From: Lenisia limosa
Taxonomy: Eukaryota; Protista; Breviatea
Assembly: GCA_001655205.1 (NCBI GenBank)
Contig: LPNZ01010514.1
Coordinates: 1 to 64,000 of the forward strand
Reading direction: 5' to 3'
Length of the DNA stretch: 64,000 bases
Shown: in pieces, positions 23,695 to 36,800 of the stretch
How the letters are laid out: every line of letters begins with the position of its first letter
How positions within the stretch are numbered: the first letter of the stretch is position 1
Made by a program: the position numbers and the translations under genes
Notes under the pieces: model-generated
The model's database searches: none
The model's input: the letters and a program-made list of their open reading frames with translations, nothing else
Told to the model about the DNA's origin: nothing

Positions 23695-24505
23695 TTCAAA
23701 TTAACCAAAGATCTGCCTAGAATATAATAATACAAAAATAGAAAGTCAAAAACAGTATAATAACTAATAAAGCGTATGGATAAATAGGAGAGAAATGGCT
23801 CTCAACTGGCCAAGAACCTTCGCAAAAACAGGAAGAAAATAATAATAAAAAAAAATGCCAAAACGTGACTTCTGAAAGGGAAGTAGGTAACCTTCCATAA
23901 AAGGAAGCTTATTTTTGAAAATCAAACTGGAGGAGATGTCGCATGCTCGTGTCTCTAGACTCGGGGACTGGCTAAAATGAACAAAGAAACAAAAAAACAA
24001 CAAAATAATTATAAAATTAGAGGAAGAGAAAGATTGAGAGGGACAAAGTCACATAACTTTGACAAATATCTGATGTTTTACGAACATAATTACTTTCATT
24101 TTAAGTTCTTTAATTTTTATAATGTAATATTTATTAAATTCTTATCTCAGGCTTTTAGCTTTTTTCCACAACCACACGAAATAGCAGAAATAGGCATTAG
24201 GTCAAAAGTGTGATCGAGGATCAACACTACACAGCTTCCCTTGGCTTTTTCCTCCCCTCTTCTTTACCTCTTTACCTCTCACCCCTCTCACGTACGTGAT
24301 TCTCACCCTCCAAAACACCAAAACACCCTCCTACACCTTTGGCTGCATCTAACCAGCTGCCAACACCAACACGCCACACAAGCCAAAACAGCTTGCCAAC
24401 GAAAACACACGTTTGAATCCACAAAAATATAAGATGACCAGGTGACACTCTGGCAGGAAATTTGCTTGATTTACTGGCTGACTATCCACTGAACGACTTG
24501 CGAAA

Positions 24506-27500
24506 ATGCTGTATGAAGTGTTCAATTGTTTTATTTTTGGCAGGCTGGATATCCAAGGGCTCAACGTCTTCTTCCCATATGACTATGTCTATCCTGAACA
24601 GGTTTGTTCTGAAAAGATTGATCATATATTAGGTGGAGTACATGATTTCATTGAAGGAATGCATTGATTTAAAGGGAATTGGCATTCTTGAAATGCCTTC
24701 CGGTACAGGAAAAACTGTCTCATTGCTCTCTTTGATTATCAGTTACCAAGTATGCATTAATCTGTTGTTGACATTCAGTATGCCCATCCTGAAATTGGGA
24801 AGCTCATCTATTGCACTCGTACCGTTCCTGAAGTTAACAAGGTATTAGACCATCTTGCCTCCTCCTTAAGTTATTTTTATTTGCGTTTTTTAACGTATAA
24901 GGTAATTGAAGAGGTTAGGATGGTAACAAAAGCTCGCGATGAGATGCTTAAAAAAGAAGGTCTCCAAATTCCATCAACACTCGCGACCTCGCTATCATCA
25001 CGCTGCAACATGTGTGTTCACCCTGAGGTAAGAAGGCTTTTTTTCTTTTTTCTATTCAAAGTTATTGGTATTCGTAGGTGAGATCCCTTGACCCAGGTTC
25101 CATTGACTCAGCCTGCCGGATGCGTACGGCAAGTTGGTTGAAGTCTGATGATTCTAACGACACTCCAAGGTGTCAATACTTTCAGGTATGAGTGAATATT
25201 GAAAAATGGAAGAGTTTTTGGCAATTGACACAAAAGAATGTCCGAGATATTGAAGACCAAGGAAAATTCCAGATTCCCAATGGTTTGTTTTCTTGAATTT
25301 ATAATAAATTATCTTACTCTTTCTTAGGTCTTTATGATTTAAATGATTTGGTGGAATACGGCAAGAAAGAAGAAATGTGCCCTTATTGGACTTCAAGGTA
25401 ATGAGTTCATCTTTTATTGTTAATTTCTCTCAGAATGTCAATGGAGGAGTCCGATATTTTGGTGTTCTCTTTCCAGTACCTTCTCAACCCTCGTATTTCA
25501 GATTTAGTCACTAAAGTACTCCCCCCCAATGCAATTGTTATCTTTGACGAAGCGCATAACATCGACAACGTGTGCATGGAGGTGATGTCAGTTTCACTCG
25601 ACCGTCCTCTTCTGGATACTGCCACTTTTGGAGTCAAAAAGCTCTTGACAGAAATTGATAGAGCCAAGCTCAAGGGCTCATCCCGACTGGAATCGGAATA
25701 TCGTCAACTTGTATGTGGGGGGGGGGGTCGAGGGAAATGTGGAGTCTATAGAACAAAAGAATTCATTAAAACGCTCAATAATGAGGGGGCCTGTGGGTGA
25801 GGGGAAATTAAAAGTTTCAGATTGGAAGTCGAGAGAGTATGACAGAATAACGTATATCTCTGGAGCAGCTAGGCTTTCCATCATAAATTTTTAAGTAATA
25901 GTCTCTTTGTTCTGAAGTATCCGTTTTCAATGGGGTATTCAAGTCAATAGCATCATCATTTTTCTCTTTGTTTTTTGTTGTGATTGACAATAGGTTGCTG
26001 GGCTTCAAGGCAACGACAGTCCCACTGCCTCAAATGATGATCTTATTGGCTCTCCAGGTATGGTGCAATTGTAAATTGTGTTATTCTTCTTTTATGTTAA
26101 ACAACCTATCTTTCTTTACTGTACATGAAAAATAAAATGTATGAAAGGAATGATATGTATTCAGTTAGACAGAGCGTACTTACTTTCTGACTTCAATAAC
26201 TGTTTTAAGTGCTTCCTAAAGACATTGTCAAAGAAGCTATTCCAGGATCTATCAGAAAAGCTGAATATTTCTTGGCGATCTTGAGAAGGCTTATTGGTGG
26301 GTAGTGTTTTCCAACCAAAAACTAGTTGACAATTTTTCAAAATCTCACATTCATTATGACATTCTTAGAATACCTCAAAACTCGACTGAGAGCATCAAAC
26401 ACACTTCAAGAGTCCCCTTTAGCATTCTTACAACATATGAAGAACACTTCCACCTTGGATCCACACGTCAGAAATGTCATCTTTTACTTTTTTAGCCCTT
26501 AAAGTTTTTCAGCCAACGACTTGGAATGCTCTTCAACACACTTCAGGTGACAGATCTCGAGTTTTTCGCACCTCTTTCGGCGGTTGCCTCTTTTGGTAAG
26601 GCCTTTATCCTTCCTTACTGTACAGCAACAATTTTAGGCACCTACCGTGAAGGCTTTTCGGTGATTGTTGACCACTCTACACGAACCAACCAAGATATTA
26701 GCCAATCTTCACTCCACCTTGTGTTGGTTAAACTTATCCTTAATCTGTAGCTGCTTGGAGGCAAGTTATGCAATTAAGCCCATTTTTTCAAGGTTCTTAT
26801 CTGTAATCCTGACTTCAGGAACCATTTCCCCTCTGCATTGTATGCTGTTTATTTTATGTTATTTTTAGACTATTCTCAAATTCTTGATTTTGAGCCGGTA
26901 GTATCTCACTCATTCCCAATGAACCTTGCAAGAAAGTCCCTTTGTCCTTTGGTAAGTGTGTTTGAGTGTGTTACTTTTAAACCATAAACTTATTTCTTCA
27001 GATTGTTACGAAAGGCTCAGATCAACTTGATATTACCACAAAGTACGACTTCCGGCACGATCCTGTGAGAATTATCATGAACATTTATCCCTTAGTCTGT
27101 TGTGAGAAACTATGGCGATTTAATCGTGCAATTATCGTCCACTGTTCCTGATGGTTTGTCACTTTCCAACTTACCTAAAAGGTCTCGTTGTTTTTTTCCC
27201 TTCATATCAATATTTGGAAAATATCCTTGCTGCGTGGCACTATCTCGGAGTAATTGAAAAAATTGCGAAGCAAAAACTAATTTTCGTTGAAACCGTGAGT
27301 GTAACCGAGACTGCCCTTGCCTTGAAAAACTATAAAAGTGGGTGAGATTCTTTAGTCCTTACCCATCAAAATTTCAAAAATCCTGAAAATTATGTAAACA
27401 TGTCTTTTTCACCGTTTAGGAGCCTGTGATGTTGGTCGTGGCGCGCTATTATTTTCCATTTCAAGAGGAAAAGTTTCCGAAGGTGTTGACTTTGATGGGC

Positions 27501-28093
27501 ATTATGGAAGGTATGAAAATATATTCTAGTATATATCCATTTTATTTTCTAGATGTGTTGTTGTTCTTGGAATGCCCTTTCAAAATAGTGAATCCCAAGT
27601 TCTGAAAGCTCGAATGGAGTACCTACGAGATCATCATCATTTTAAGGAGGAAGACTATTTAATATATGATGCAATGAAGTTAGCCTGTCCTTGGTGAAGA
27701 TTATCTAACAATTCAGGCAAACCGCGCAGTGTGTTGGTCGAGTTCTTAGAGGCAAAACGGATTTCGGCTTGATGGTCTTCGCCGACAAAGTGGGTTCAAG
27801 GAAGTTTAATGTTGTAGAGATTCAACCGAATGGATAGACGAAAAAAGCTACCTGAATGGATCAATAAGGAGCTTGTTGATTCGCATTTGAATCTGAGTAT
27901 TGAGGGTAAGACAATAATTATCATTGACATTTTAGGCGGTATATCGATTGCCAAAATGTTCTTGAAAGAGATGTCATTACCATGGAAGCTGGTTGGTTAT
28001 TTATGTGTTGTTACTGTTTAGGAATCTCATTTAGGTTATTCCCTTTTGAACGAGGCACAGGCAAAGGAGCTTATAATTAATCATAAGGGCTAA
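24506..28093 (+). CDS. ERCC2: TFIIH Fe-S DNA helicase XPD/Rad3
   Basis: Spliced N-terminus [21 protein letters not shown], Walker [26 protein letters not shown], Fe-S cysteines (NMCVHPE, SACRMRT, RCQYF, MCPY), [60 protein letters not shown] and LPEWI. Stop TAA at 28091-28093. Confidence 0.97.
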
Positions 28094-28586
28094 TCTGATC
28101 CCGATACACTCACTGAATTGTTTCTATCGAAGTCTGATTTTAGATTATTATCTTCTCTATGGTATTTCTTGATATTGGACTTTTCTCTTTCATGTGGAAG
28201 TGCACTAAATTCCTGAAATGTTTTCATTTATAAGGCAAGTCTAAATTAGCAACTGCTATATCATAAACGTCTACATAGTTACTTAAATCTTACCACCAAT
28301 CCTTACAACTAAAAAAAAAACAAAGAAGCCATATGCAGCGAGTCGCTCCCTCATGCTCCCCCAGGTACGGTAACCCAAAGATTCTCGGATACCCATGCCG
28401 CTTTTCATATTTATTTTTTTGTTTTTTTGAAAAAAACAAAAAAACCCAACCAACAAAAATACAAAAAAAAACCCATTACTTCCCGCCTTTAGAGCCCCCT
28501 CCCCCTATCTTAAGACCATTTCACCGAGACTTCCTGTCAAATACTGTCACAAGTTACCGTAGTTGAGTTTTAGAACACCAAACACA

Positions 28587-30116
28587 ATGGGGGTCAGCAC
28601 CATAATTGTTGATGTAAGTTGCACCCCTCTCCTCATCCACAAAGGTCGGAAACACAACCCTAAGGGCTGCATCACTTTCCGCTTCTGGAGTTGAAAACGT
28701 TTGGGGTTCCTTTCATTTTTTTTCTCCTGAAGTAGATAGAAGTTTTTGTGGATTCTTCTCTGATTGAACAGAGTATCGAAGTGCCATGTGTGTTTGGCAT
28801 GGCCAAAAACAAGCTTTTGGTGGGTTTTCATTGAGTGACTCATTTTAAAGCAATTGCCAGCTTTTTTTTTCGAGGAAGCCATCCAAAAAAAAGGAATTTT
28901 GACAATCAAGCGACCAATTCAAAAGGATGATTTGGTGGATTCTGATATCCTTGGTTTGTTGGGGAAAGTAAAGGCGACTAACACATATATTTGACCTTCG
29001 TAGTTAAGATTTTGAAAAAAGTTGTTGAACAGCTGTCACCAACTTGTAAACAGATGGTTCTGTCTTTAAATATTCCACAAAAACACTTCAAGATGATTTT
29101 TGAGGTAAATATTTACTTTTCATTGCCTGAGTTTCATCTTTCAGATTGTAATCTCTGAATTGAATCTTAAAACTCTTGTAATACTTCCCCGGACTTTGGC
29201 AGCAGCAGCCACTGCCCTCAAGGTATGTGACTTTGAGCTGAATACCATTACCTCCAGAGTCCAAACTTAATCCCTCAAAAGAGTCACGTTGTTGAGAAGC
29301 TTAATACGGTTTGTTTTTATTGTGTTCATTGGTCGTAGAAGAAAGATGTGATTGTAACTAATATTGGAAGTTCTTCTTCATCAGTTGCAAACGTCATCAA
29401 TGGTTTGTTACAATTCTTCTGATAGTATCAGGAAAGATATCCCAGATCAGCTCCATACCTATTGGTGGCGAACATATGACTAGGTGAAAATTGTGTTTGT
29501 TGGAAACTCATATAATTTGTAGTCATCTACAACGGATGTTTGAAGGGAAAGGTGTGCGATTCTGGGTAAAGAATGACCTGTCTCTTTTGGAACAGTGCAA
29601 AATTTCGGTAAGATGATTGTACAATATTGTTAAAAAAACATCAGACTTCTCGAGTTGCGCTGGATTTTGAGGAAGAACTCATGGAATCACAACTATCCAA
29701 CGACAAGCAGGTTTCCTTTGAACTTCCAGATGGCTTTGATGTTGCTGTTGAAGATAGTTATAGGTAGAGCGTTTTTACAGTCCTGGGTTTATTATTTACA
29801 ACATAGAATTTCTTGCACTGAAATTGTTTTACAGCCAAGTTTAACTGGTAATTTAGGAATTGAATTTTATTTTCTATCAATCTAGGCCTTGATATTGATG
29901 GAATTGAAGACCTTATGATAAAGGAATCTAAAAAGTACCCCAATGGTTTGATTGGTTTGAGGATTGATTGGTTTAGCAACAAAAATCTGCTTTGGATCAC
30001 CATTCAAAACTGACGGAATGGTACAACGATTACAAAAACAATGCAGTTCTCTTCAGGTTTCATTGGATTGCAACGTTATGAATGGGTTGTTCAACATTGC
30101 ATCTCATTTCAAATAG
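28587..30116 (+). CDS. Divergent actin-related protein
   Basis: MGVSTIIVDVGNTTLRAA (phosphate-1-like strand), IKRPIQKDDLVD, VIVTNIGSSSSSVANVING (phosphate-2-like), IPIGGEHMT, FELPDGFDVAVEDSYRISCTEIVLQPSLTGLDIDGIEDL. Stop TAG at 30114-30116. Confidence 0.8.
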
Positions 30117-30883
30117 TGTTGTTGCTTTATAATACAAATTTACAAGGAAACACCAAGGATACAAAACTCCAACAAAAAAATTCATATTTGTTCAATTTTC
30201 TCATATAAAGAAAGAAATAATAGATTAAAAATTTGAAGCAACATTACATATTATGTTGTCACAATGTTATTGTGTTTTGATAAATAATTAAAATTTGTAC
30301 GTTTGAATAATATTTTATATTTATTGAAAGATTCCATTGTTTTATTTTGTTTTTTTTTTATATTTGAAAATAAGTTGATGATATTATATTTAAATATATT
30401 TATTGCATTAAAATTGAGTGTATGTGTTTTTGTTTGTTGAATTATCAATATCTGCATATTCTATAATATTTTATAATTTTTTTGAATGATACATTCTTTA
30501 TTTTATAATATTTAATGATACTTTTTTATGATACATTTTGAATATTGTTTATCTACAGAAATGTTTTTAGTATTTTTTATGATACATTTTGAAATTGTCT
30601 ATCTGCTGAAATGATCATACATAGTATTACTGTAAGTAAAGGAAGGAGGTGTGATTCAATTAATCAATCAAATCTAGACTTGTGGAGAACCGCTATTATA
30701 AAATCGTTTTCTTGTCAGTGATGATTGATTTAAATTTACACTTTGGCCACCGTTGTTATGTCGTCTGTTAGGACCGGTTTCAGTTCAGCTGAGAAAGAAA
30801 GATAAAATACATTATAAGATGAAAATAATATTACCCCAGAAATAAACAAAAAGCAAAAGAAACAAAACAGGTAATAAATATCA

Positions 30884-33800
30884 TTAGTTCCACATTCCTT
30901 CTTTGAAGGTTTGGAACTCTATCCCCCTCTTTGCCCCCTCAGCCATTTTGAGACCATCATCTTCCTGTGTCGCATCATGAAGTAGAATCATTGCTGTAAA
31001 TACCACATTTGAGGCCAATACAATGAGCACAAAAATGGTGAGCAGACCATGGTTGCCGTTCTACAACATTAGAGAACACTGATTCAATTTGACCTACTTC
31101 AGTGAAAACAAGACCAGTTAGTAAAGTTATGGTATTTACAATGATACCAGCGGAATCAAGGCTTATTAAACTTTCAGATAGATATGGTCTGAACCGTTCA
31201 TTTCCATAAAGTGCAGAAAAGAGGACTGCAACACAGAGGGCAATCTAAGTTGTGAATATATCTGAAAACTGTAGAATGGTCACTCACCTGTACACTTGAA
31301 TATTGTCCAAATACTGTGAGAGCAACTACCACAGTAAGGAGTCGTAAGAGAAGGCTAGTCTCCCAACTTGAACACCCCGGTCGGAAGCGTGACACTAAAA
31401 ACCCGAACCTACATAGGTAGTCACGATGATAAAAAGGTTCCTTCAGACAAACCTATCGAAGGGTCTCCCATCGTATAAATCATCTGATAAAGCAACAACA
31501 AGTGAAACTGCCAGGGGAACTCCGACGACATAGAACACAATACCAAATACCGCAAATGGAAGCAATGAGGAATGGTCGCTTTCGTAGCATATTAAATCTG
31601 AGTCTAAAGAGTGGTGACATTCTGTCTGTTCTGAAGGACACAATATTGCTCTAAAAAGTTACTAGCTTACCGAGGTCCCATGTCCAAACATTATCTTCGT
31701 GATAAGAACAATTGAAGTAGTCCATGGTAAACCAGGACAGGCCTGGAAAGAGGTGGTAAAAGTCAAATTGGAAAATGGTTTTTAATTCCCTCTCAAACCA
31801 AGATATGATGTTACCATCAAAATGGTAATGGTTCGGATCAGAGCATCAAGCTTCGCTGTCGTTTTGGCCTAACAAAGTGAACATTTGGTTATCATACCGT
31901 CCCCATCTTTGGAATCTCTGAAATCACAGGGGGGTATACTGTACATGGGATGGGGTAACTAATATATTTTAGGGTACATCCGTGTAATACTGTGTATAAT
32001 TTTAGTACAAGTGCTCCACCAAACTTACCAAGAGAGGAACTATGAAGTGTGCCAGTACCGTCATGACAACCAGAAGAACAGGAAGAAACAGTCTGAGAAT
32101 GTAGACATCCGTAGATGAGAGCTTAAGCAAGGTGACACAATGCAATTCAATAGAATACGTGTAAAGAGAAAGAGATGGTCAATAGATGGTAAAACCTGCG
32201 CCTACCCCTGAAAGCAAAGAGCACTCTGGTGCAACACTCTACACAATTAGCAATACTGGATATAGACTGAATGAAAACTATGAAGTTTCAACCGACTTGC
32301 ATGTTGAAATTGAGTAAGGAGAGTGTCCTGAAAACGGCTTGAATCTCAGCTGGCCACGCAACATTAAACTGGCCATAAAGGGCTGTCACCTGGTGGTAAG
32401 GGCTTGAGTAATAAATAGTTGTTTGGGTTTCTCCCGATCTGAGGGAGCAAGCTGACCTGTAAAAAAGAGACAAGACATCTGATTGCTGGCCATTTCGCAT
32501 CTAAACAGGTGACATGTATCACATTTGCTATCATAAATGTGATAGGTTCAAACCTTGCGAGGGAGTCAGTGCCATGAAGTAAATCACAAACACCACAATC
32601 ATCAGACCGATGATTGAAAGCGGCAGCATTATTACCTGTTACATTAACAAAGAAATGGAGTGCCGAAAAAGGCTGCTTGCTTACCTCAAAGAAGCCACAT
32701 TCGCTACAGCCCGATGTAGTTCGGTACCATCCATCCTTGCACGAATTGCATAAGTGGCCAACATAACCATCAGCACATGTTCCTCCTGCGGAATGACAGA
32801 GTGAGGACAAAGCAGATCTTCTTACCGCTGATACAAGCTTGAGATTGCGGGCACTTCAGAAAAACCGAGCCATCTAAATACATCAAACACCATTCCCAAA
32901 ATGTTTGTCATCGTCAGAAGTCTCACCTTCAGGAATGAAATAACCGTCAGCGGCTTCGGCCACTGCGGATCCACCTGAACAAATCGCTCCTGGAAGGTAA
33001 GCTGTTCAATTTGGCAACTAAATGATACATCACTGAAAGGAGACACAACAGGATCGTTTCAAAAGTTGAAGCGGGGAAGCTGACCTGTAGGACATATCAC
33101 ACAGCCTTCAGGAGCAACATGATACCCTGAAATGTTAGAATGAACGCGAAAAAATATATAAAAGAGGAACCTGTCACACCTGGGTGACACGTGCACGCCT
33201 CAATAGAAACAGCCCCCGAGATTGGTGCCTGGGTGTTTTCAGGACACGCTGTACACGGAGACAGAGACTGCGTGGATCTAATGCAATTAAAAGAAAATAT
33301 TTTTTTCCAAGCAGAGTCGCTCCTCCCACTTGTAAGTTCCTGGTTCACAAGTTTCACAGATTTGTGCCTCGACATTGAACTGCTGTCCGGCGGCACAGAC
33401 ACAATCGCCCTCTTGCATCACCATATTACCCGAGCAGACGCAATCTGAGAGTTGCGATGACGCCTCTAGATTAGTGGTTACAAACTCTCCCGGACACTTG
33501 GTGCAGGTCTCTCCACTTGAGTATGTCCCCTTCGGGCATGGAACGCAAGCCTTAATCGTTAACAAAAGCGATCCAAGCACCCACTAGCAGCGTTTCATCC
33601 TGATTGTATCCGTCTTCACAGAGGCAGCGCCCGGCAGATAAGTAACTATCCTTCACAAGTTCTGAGCAAGGGGCTGACCGAACAGGGTACTGAGGAGTCA
33701 CCAATAAAACTAGACTTGGAAATATATGAAAGTCATAATATTATCACCATTTCTTAAGGTCCCTAGAATTGAAACTCACATGGTGGATTGGCTTGTCAGC

Positions 33801-36800
33801 CTCAGCTGCAGAGAACGAAATCTAAAAGGGTCACAAAGAGAAAGCCAACGTTATAGACCATGTCTTGGACACTAGGGATTGTCAAAAGGTCGAAAACAGC
33901 TTGTCCTGTTGAACCAGTAGCCGCAACCGTGCCGCTACAGCCCTCAACAATGGACGATCTGAAGGATGAAAAGACCGTCAATTTACAAGACAAAGCAGTG
34001 GTACGCCTAGACGCCTACCTATTGACGTTTGTGACAATAGCTGTGACAACAAGGCTTTCAACTTCGATATTGTCTCCACTTGGCTGTACAGTCTACAGCG
34101 TCAATTAATTGTTAATTGTATCACCTGGACGAAGATGGCTGGCTCAAGAGGCGCCAAAGTGGATGTGTTCGGAAGAGCACCGTCGAACTTCAGTCCAACT
34201 TCCGTGATCACCTATATTATATCATATATCATATGGTTAATTGGCTTTTTTAAAAAAAAGGCGGAGCATGTTGCACCTACATTAACAACAAATTGATCTG
34301 ACTCAAGAGCCGTGTCCACAACTTTAACAACAAGGTTCAGTTTGACAGGAAGTATGAGGGGAAGAGTGGCAATGATATTCCCTTCATTCAATGTACAAGG
34401 GTTACAGTCACTGTAGAGTTAGATCAACATTTGCGCCGCCACTGACCCACTCATTCCAACAGCACAAAAGAAGACTTGCATCAGTTTCGTAGAGAAGTTG
34501 AACAATTGGATCCACCCGATCCAGCATTGAGACAGTCTGAAGGTTAAAATCCCCTTTTCCAGGCATACCGAAGGGGTAATGCTGACAATTTCTGGTTTTC
34601 TTATGATGAACAGATTGATGTAGGTGGCACAATTAGCACCAGCGGGCCAGCTTCACAGTTATGCAAACAAGAGAGTCCTACCCAAAATGGTTTGAACAAT
34701 CGCGGTTTTTGGATCGCCACAGCTCATCATTGTTATCTTTGACACTGACATCCACATAGTGCTGAGATAATTAAGAACTTTGTAAAACAGAAAAAAGACT
34801 GGTCCTGGTAGAACATACCGTTCCAGGACTGACTTGCGGCGCAATGAAGGAATACTCGTTACCGCCTTGAGGAAAGGCGACAATGGAATTTGATAACTCA
34901 TCAAAGAAAACCTAAGCTTGTAAGCTTTATCCTATTCTGTTGCCCAAAATCAAAACAACCTGTCAAAACCAACGTATAAGGGACTCCCTGTGTATCCACC
35001 AGTAGCATTGAAAGTGACGAGGGCTCCTTCAGGGGCCTTGATGATCCTAAAGGAACGTCAGCCTCGACTGGACCATTTTACTCTCATACGGTGTGAACTC
35101 AACATCTGGAGTGTATAATCTGTCAATTTGACCCAAGTCATAAAGTTGCCCATTAAGGCGCATCTAAAGGATAAGTCAAGGAGAAGTGTTAAGATTCACT
35201 TAACCTTCCAACTTACCATCATTATCTTGTTGTAGTCATTTTGCAGTGGAATGTCCATAAAGAACTGGGTTCCTTCATAACCCAAATATACCTACAAAAT
35301 GACAAACACAATGTAATGTTATAATAGAAGAATGATATACTAATATATGTACTATGTGAATAATATGAGCAAGAGATTGGTTTGGATTATAGCCCACATG
35401 TTGAACAGCAGAAACTTCTCCATTATCCGTAATTACATGGAAGTTGTTGTCATATTGCACTTCTGCAGGCAACGCAATCTGAAATCTCAGTAAACCTCAA
35501 AAAAAAAATGGCAAGAGCTCCTAACAATATATCATATCAAATATAAAAAGATAATTAGCCAGAGCCCTACTCTATTAACTACCACTCCAGATTTGAGAGA
35601 GTGCAGTGGAGTGTTGTAAGGAATAGTGCCTGGTATTGACGAAACTACACTTGTTACACAATTGTCCTCGTCAAATAGCTTTTAAAATATGAGGAAAACT
35701 AAGCCAGCAAACAAAAAAGGAAGAGGCTAAAGACTGCGGAGGTAGAGGCTGTGGAATGGATTGTTAAGTCCATTAAATCGAAAGGTTTTTGTGTTTCTGA
35801 GGTGTAGCCTGTGTATGGATCTGGAGCAATTAAATGAATCTGAAACAAGCTTATGTGGCAACATGTCCAACACCTTTGATACTCTATGATATGATATATA
35901 TTATGCTGTAGAGTTTTGGAAGTTGTTCAAGAAGGTTCAAGAAGAAAGGCATCTCATCTCTTTTGAAGTCTACCCAAATACCATAGAATTGAGTGTCTCG
36001 TCCTGAACAATATGAAATTTCGTATTCAACTTAAAAGGTTAGGAAAGCTATCTGTGAAAACAGATCAATGGGAGTCAACTTGTTGAATTCTAGGATTACT
36101 CTTCTATTCAAACTATTTTCCTACAGATAGTGCACGTGGAGGAAGGGGCTTGGTTGCATTGATAAACATCCGCTATGAGGTTAATGAAATGAAATATTAA
36201 GTCACCTCAAAGGGTAATTTCCACTTACAGTGAGACATTAGAACGATGGTGCCATCGTAATATGCCATTTTCACGATTCTATGACTGTATTGAAAGTATA
36301 CCAACTCAGCTGAAAGAGTGAGAGAAAAAACAGCATTCCGAATAGAAGACAAGCTTACTTAAAGAATTAAGGAAAGAAGTTGACATTGCCCCTCTTGATC
36401 CAGGAATACAAACAGAGCCCATTGCATAAGTCGCCTCCCGATCTGAAGACATTAAATAAGATTAAACACCACAAAGCTGAAAGAGCAAACTTGTCAAAAT
36501 GTAACCTCCACGATTGACAAATTTTATGTCTCGAATGGGGTCAAGGTGGCTGTGATAGCGTCTTACGTCTACAACTGTCAGCACACTCCAAATGGGATAG
36601 TCCTCAGTTCAAAGCAAGAAAGCCTCACCCGTTTCGGGGAAAGTATCAACCTCCTGCTGAGTGTAACCAATGTAGATACTTGCTGGACCTGTCAAGTAGG
36701 CCTCCCCATTGAAATCCCAAAATATAATATTTTGGTAGTCAAGAACACTGAGTGCACCCATCAACGGGGTTGAGACGGGTTTTGGTATCTGTTTTGGTGA

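Noticed and set aside
28333-28400. tRNA-like element
   Set aside because: No T-loop (TTCRA) or D-loop consensus and no cloverleaf.
28320-28545. RNase P/MRP RNA suggested by a GGAAGTC...GGCTTC P4-like pairing followed by a T-run on the minus strand
   Set aside because: There is no P1/P2 pairing, the interior is low-complexity A/T sequence, and the 5' end would overlap the Arp start.
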